A DNA stretch of 64,000 bases from Felis catus (lineage: Eukaryota): contig NC_058368.1 of NCBI RefSeq assembly GCF_018350175.1, positions 182,778,001 to 182,842,000 on the forward strand, given 5' to 3'. Position numbers and translations under genes: made by a program. Positions 63,211 through 64,000 of this stretch are shown in pieces. Each line of letters opens with the position of its first letter. Positions within the stretch are counted from its first letter, which is position 1. The notes under the pieces are model-generated. The model ran no database searches, was not told where the DNA came from, and saw only the letters and a list, made by a program, of their open reading frames with translations.

Positions 63211-64000
63211 TAAACAACACATTCCTTAAATATTAAGGGTCAAATAATAAAAAAAAATAATGAAAAATAAAGTATTTTAAACTGAAAATATTTTGTTATT
63301 TATAATAAAAGCATATAAAAATTTAGGATGCCAGTAAAGCAGTGCTTTGAGGAAAATTTATAGCATTTAAGGTTTACTTTAGAAACTAAGAAATATTTTA
63401 AAATGATGACCTATAGTTTTACTTTAAGTATTTAGAAAAATAAAGAAATGCAAACTACAAGAAGCCAACGGAAAGAGATAATAAAGATATAAGCTAAAGA
63501 AAGAAAATTTTATACGCCACAAGTAATATTTTGCAAAGAATTTTGAAAAGAATCACAACTAATTAGTTCAGCCAGACTAATCAAGGGGATAAAAGAGTGT
63601 ATGTGAGTGAGAGAACACACAATTATCAGTATTAGGAATGAAAGAAATGTTATCATTAGTAAAATTATAGACAAAAGACATCAAATGGATGAAATAATTA
63701 TGAACAATTTCATTACCACAAATTTGACAATCTAGATAATGTGAAAATAATCCCTTAAAAATTACAAAAATAAGACAAATTTAAATGGAAAAGACAGATC
63801 ACTTACTATAAAAAAATGGGATTTGTTACAGTAGATATTTTTTTAAAAGATCCACAAAGAAAATTCCAGGTGCAGAATTGAATTCTGCCCAAATTTTAAG
63901 GTAAAAATAAAATCTATTTTATACAAAATCTTATTGAAACTTGAGAAAGAACACTTCCCAACCATATTTATGAAGAGAGTGTAATTTTAATACTGAAATC

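Larger units (their letters stand above)
58830..64000 (+). mobile_element. Old L1 (ORF1 remnant, inter-ORF region, ORF2 endonuclease-to-RT remnant), runs off the window; hosts four SINEs and the MRPL45 retrocopy
   Basis: ORF1-like AAAGTCTTAAAAGCAGCTAGAGAAAA and CTAACTTCTCATCAGAAA; ORF2-like AATGAACTAAAT, GGAGATGATTTCAACA, GGATGCCAGTAAAGCAGTGCTTTGAGGAAAATTTATAGC, ACACTTCCCAACCATATTTATGA. Confidence 0.85.

Overview
AT-rich, CpG-poor mammalian non-coding DNA. About 22 tRNA-derived carnivore SINEs (CanSINE), several of the young felid SINEC_Fc type, point to a cat-family genome. I found no intact protein-coding gene. The only recognisable protein homologies are a decayed MRPL45 processed pseudogene (minus strand, 60604-62160) inside an old L1, the L1 ORF remnants, and a short ERV gag remnant. 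Other content: L1, L2 and MIR fossils, a truncated ERV1-class provirus, MER21-like and MLT1 LTRs, hAT MITEs (MER33, MER58, MER96B-like) and many microsatellites. Nearly all ORFs in the track are repeat or chance artefacts. I could not support a new multi-gene system. The most notable observations are two short dispersed duplications each about 1.6 kb apart, a SINE dimer inside a single TSD, a template-switch hairpin that makes twin AP-1 sites in a SINE, a triplicated kB-like 16-mer, a repeat-poor block with POU motifs, and several candidate non-coding exons. Repeat family names come from my recall of consensus sequences, not from a search, and boundaries of old repeats are approximate.
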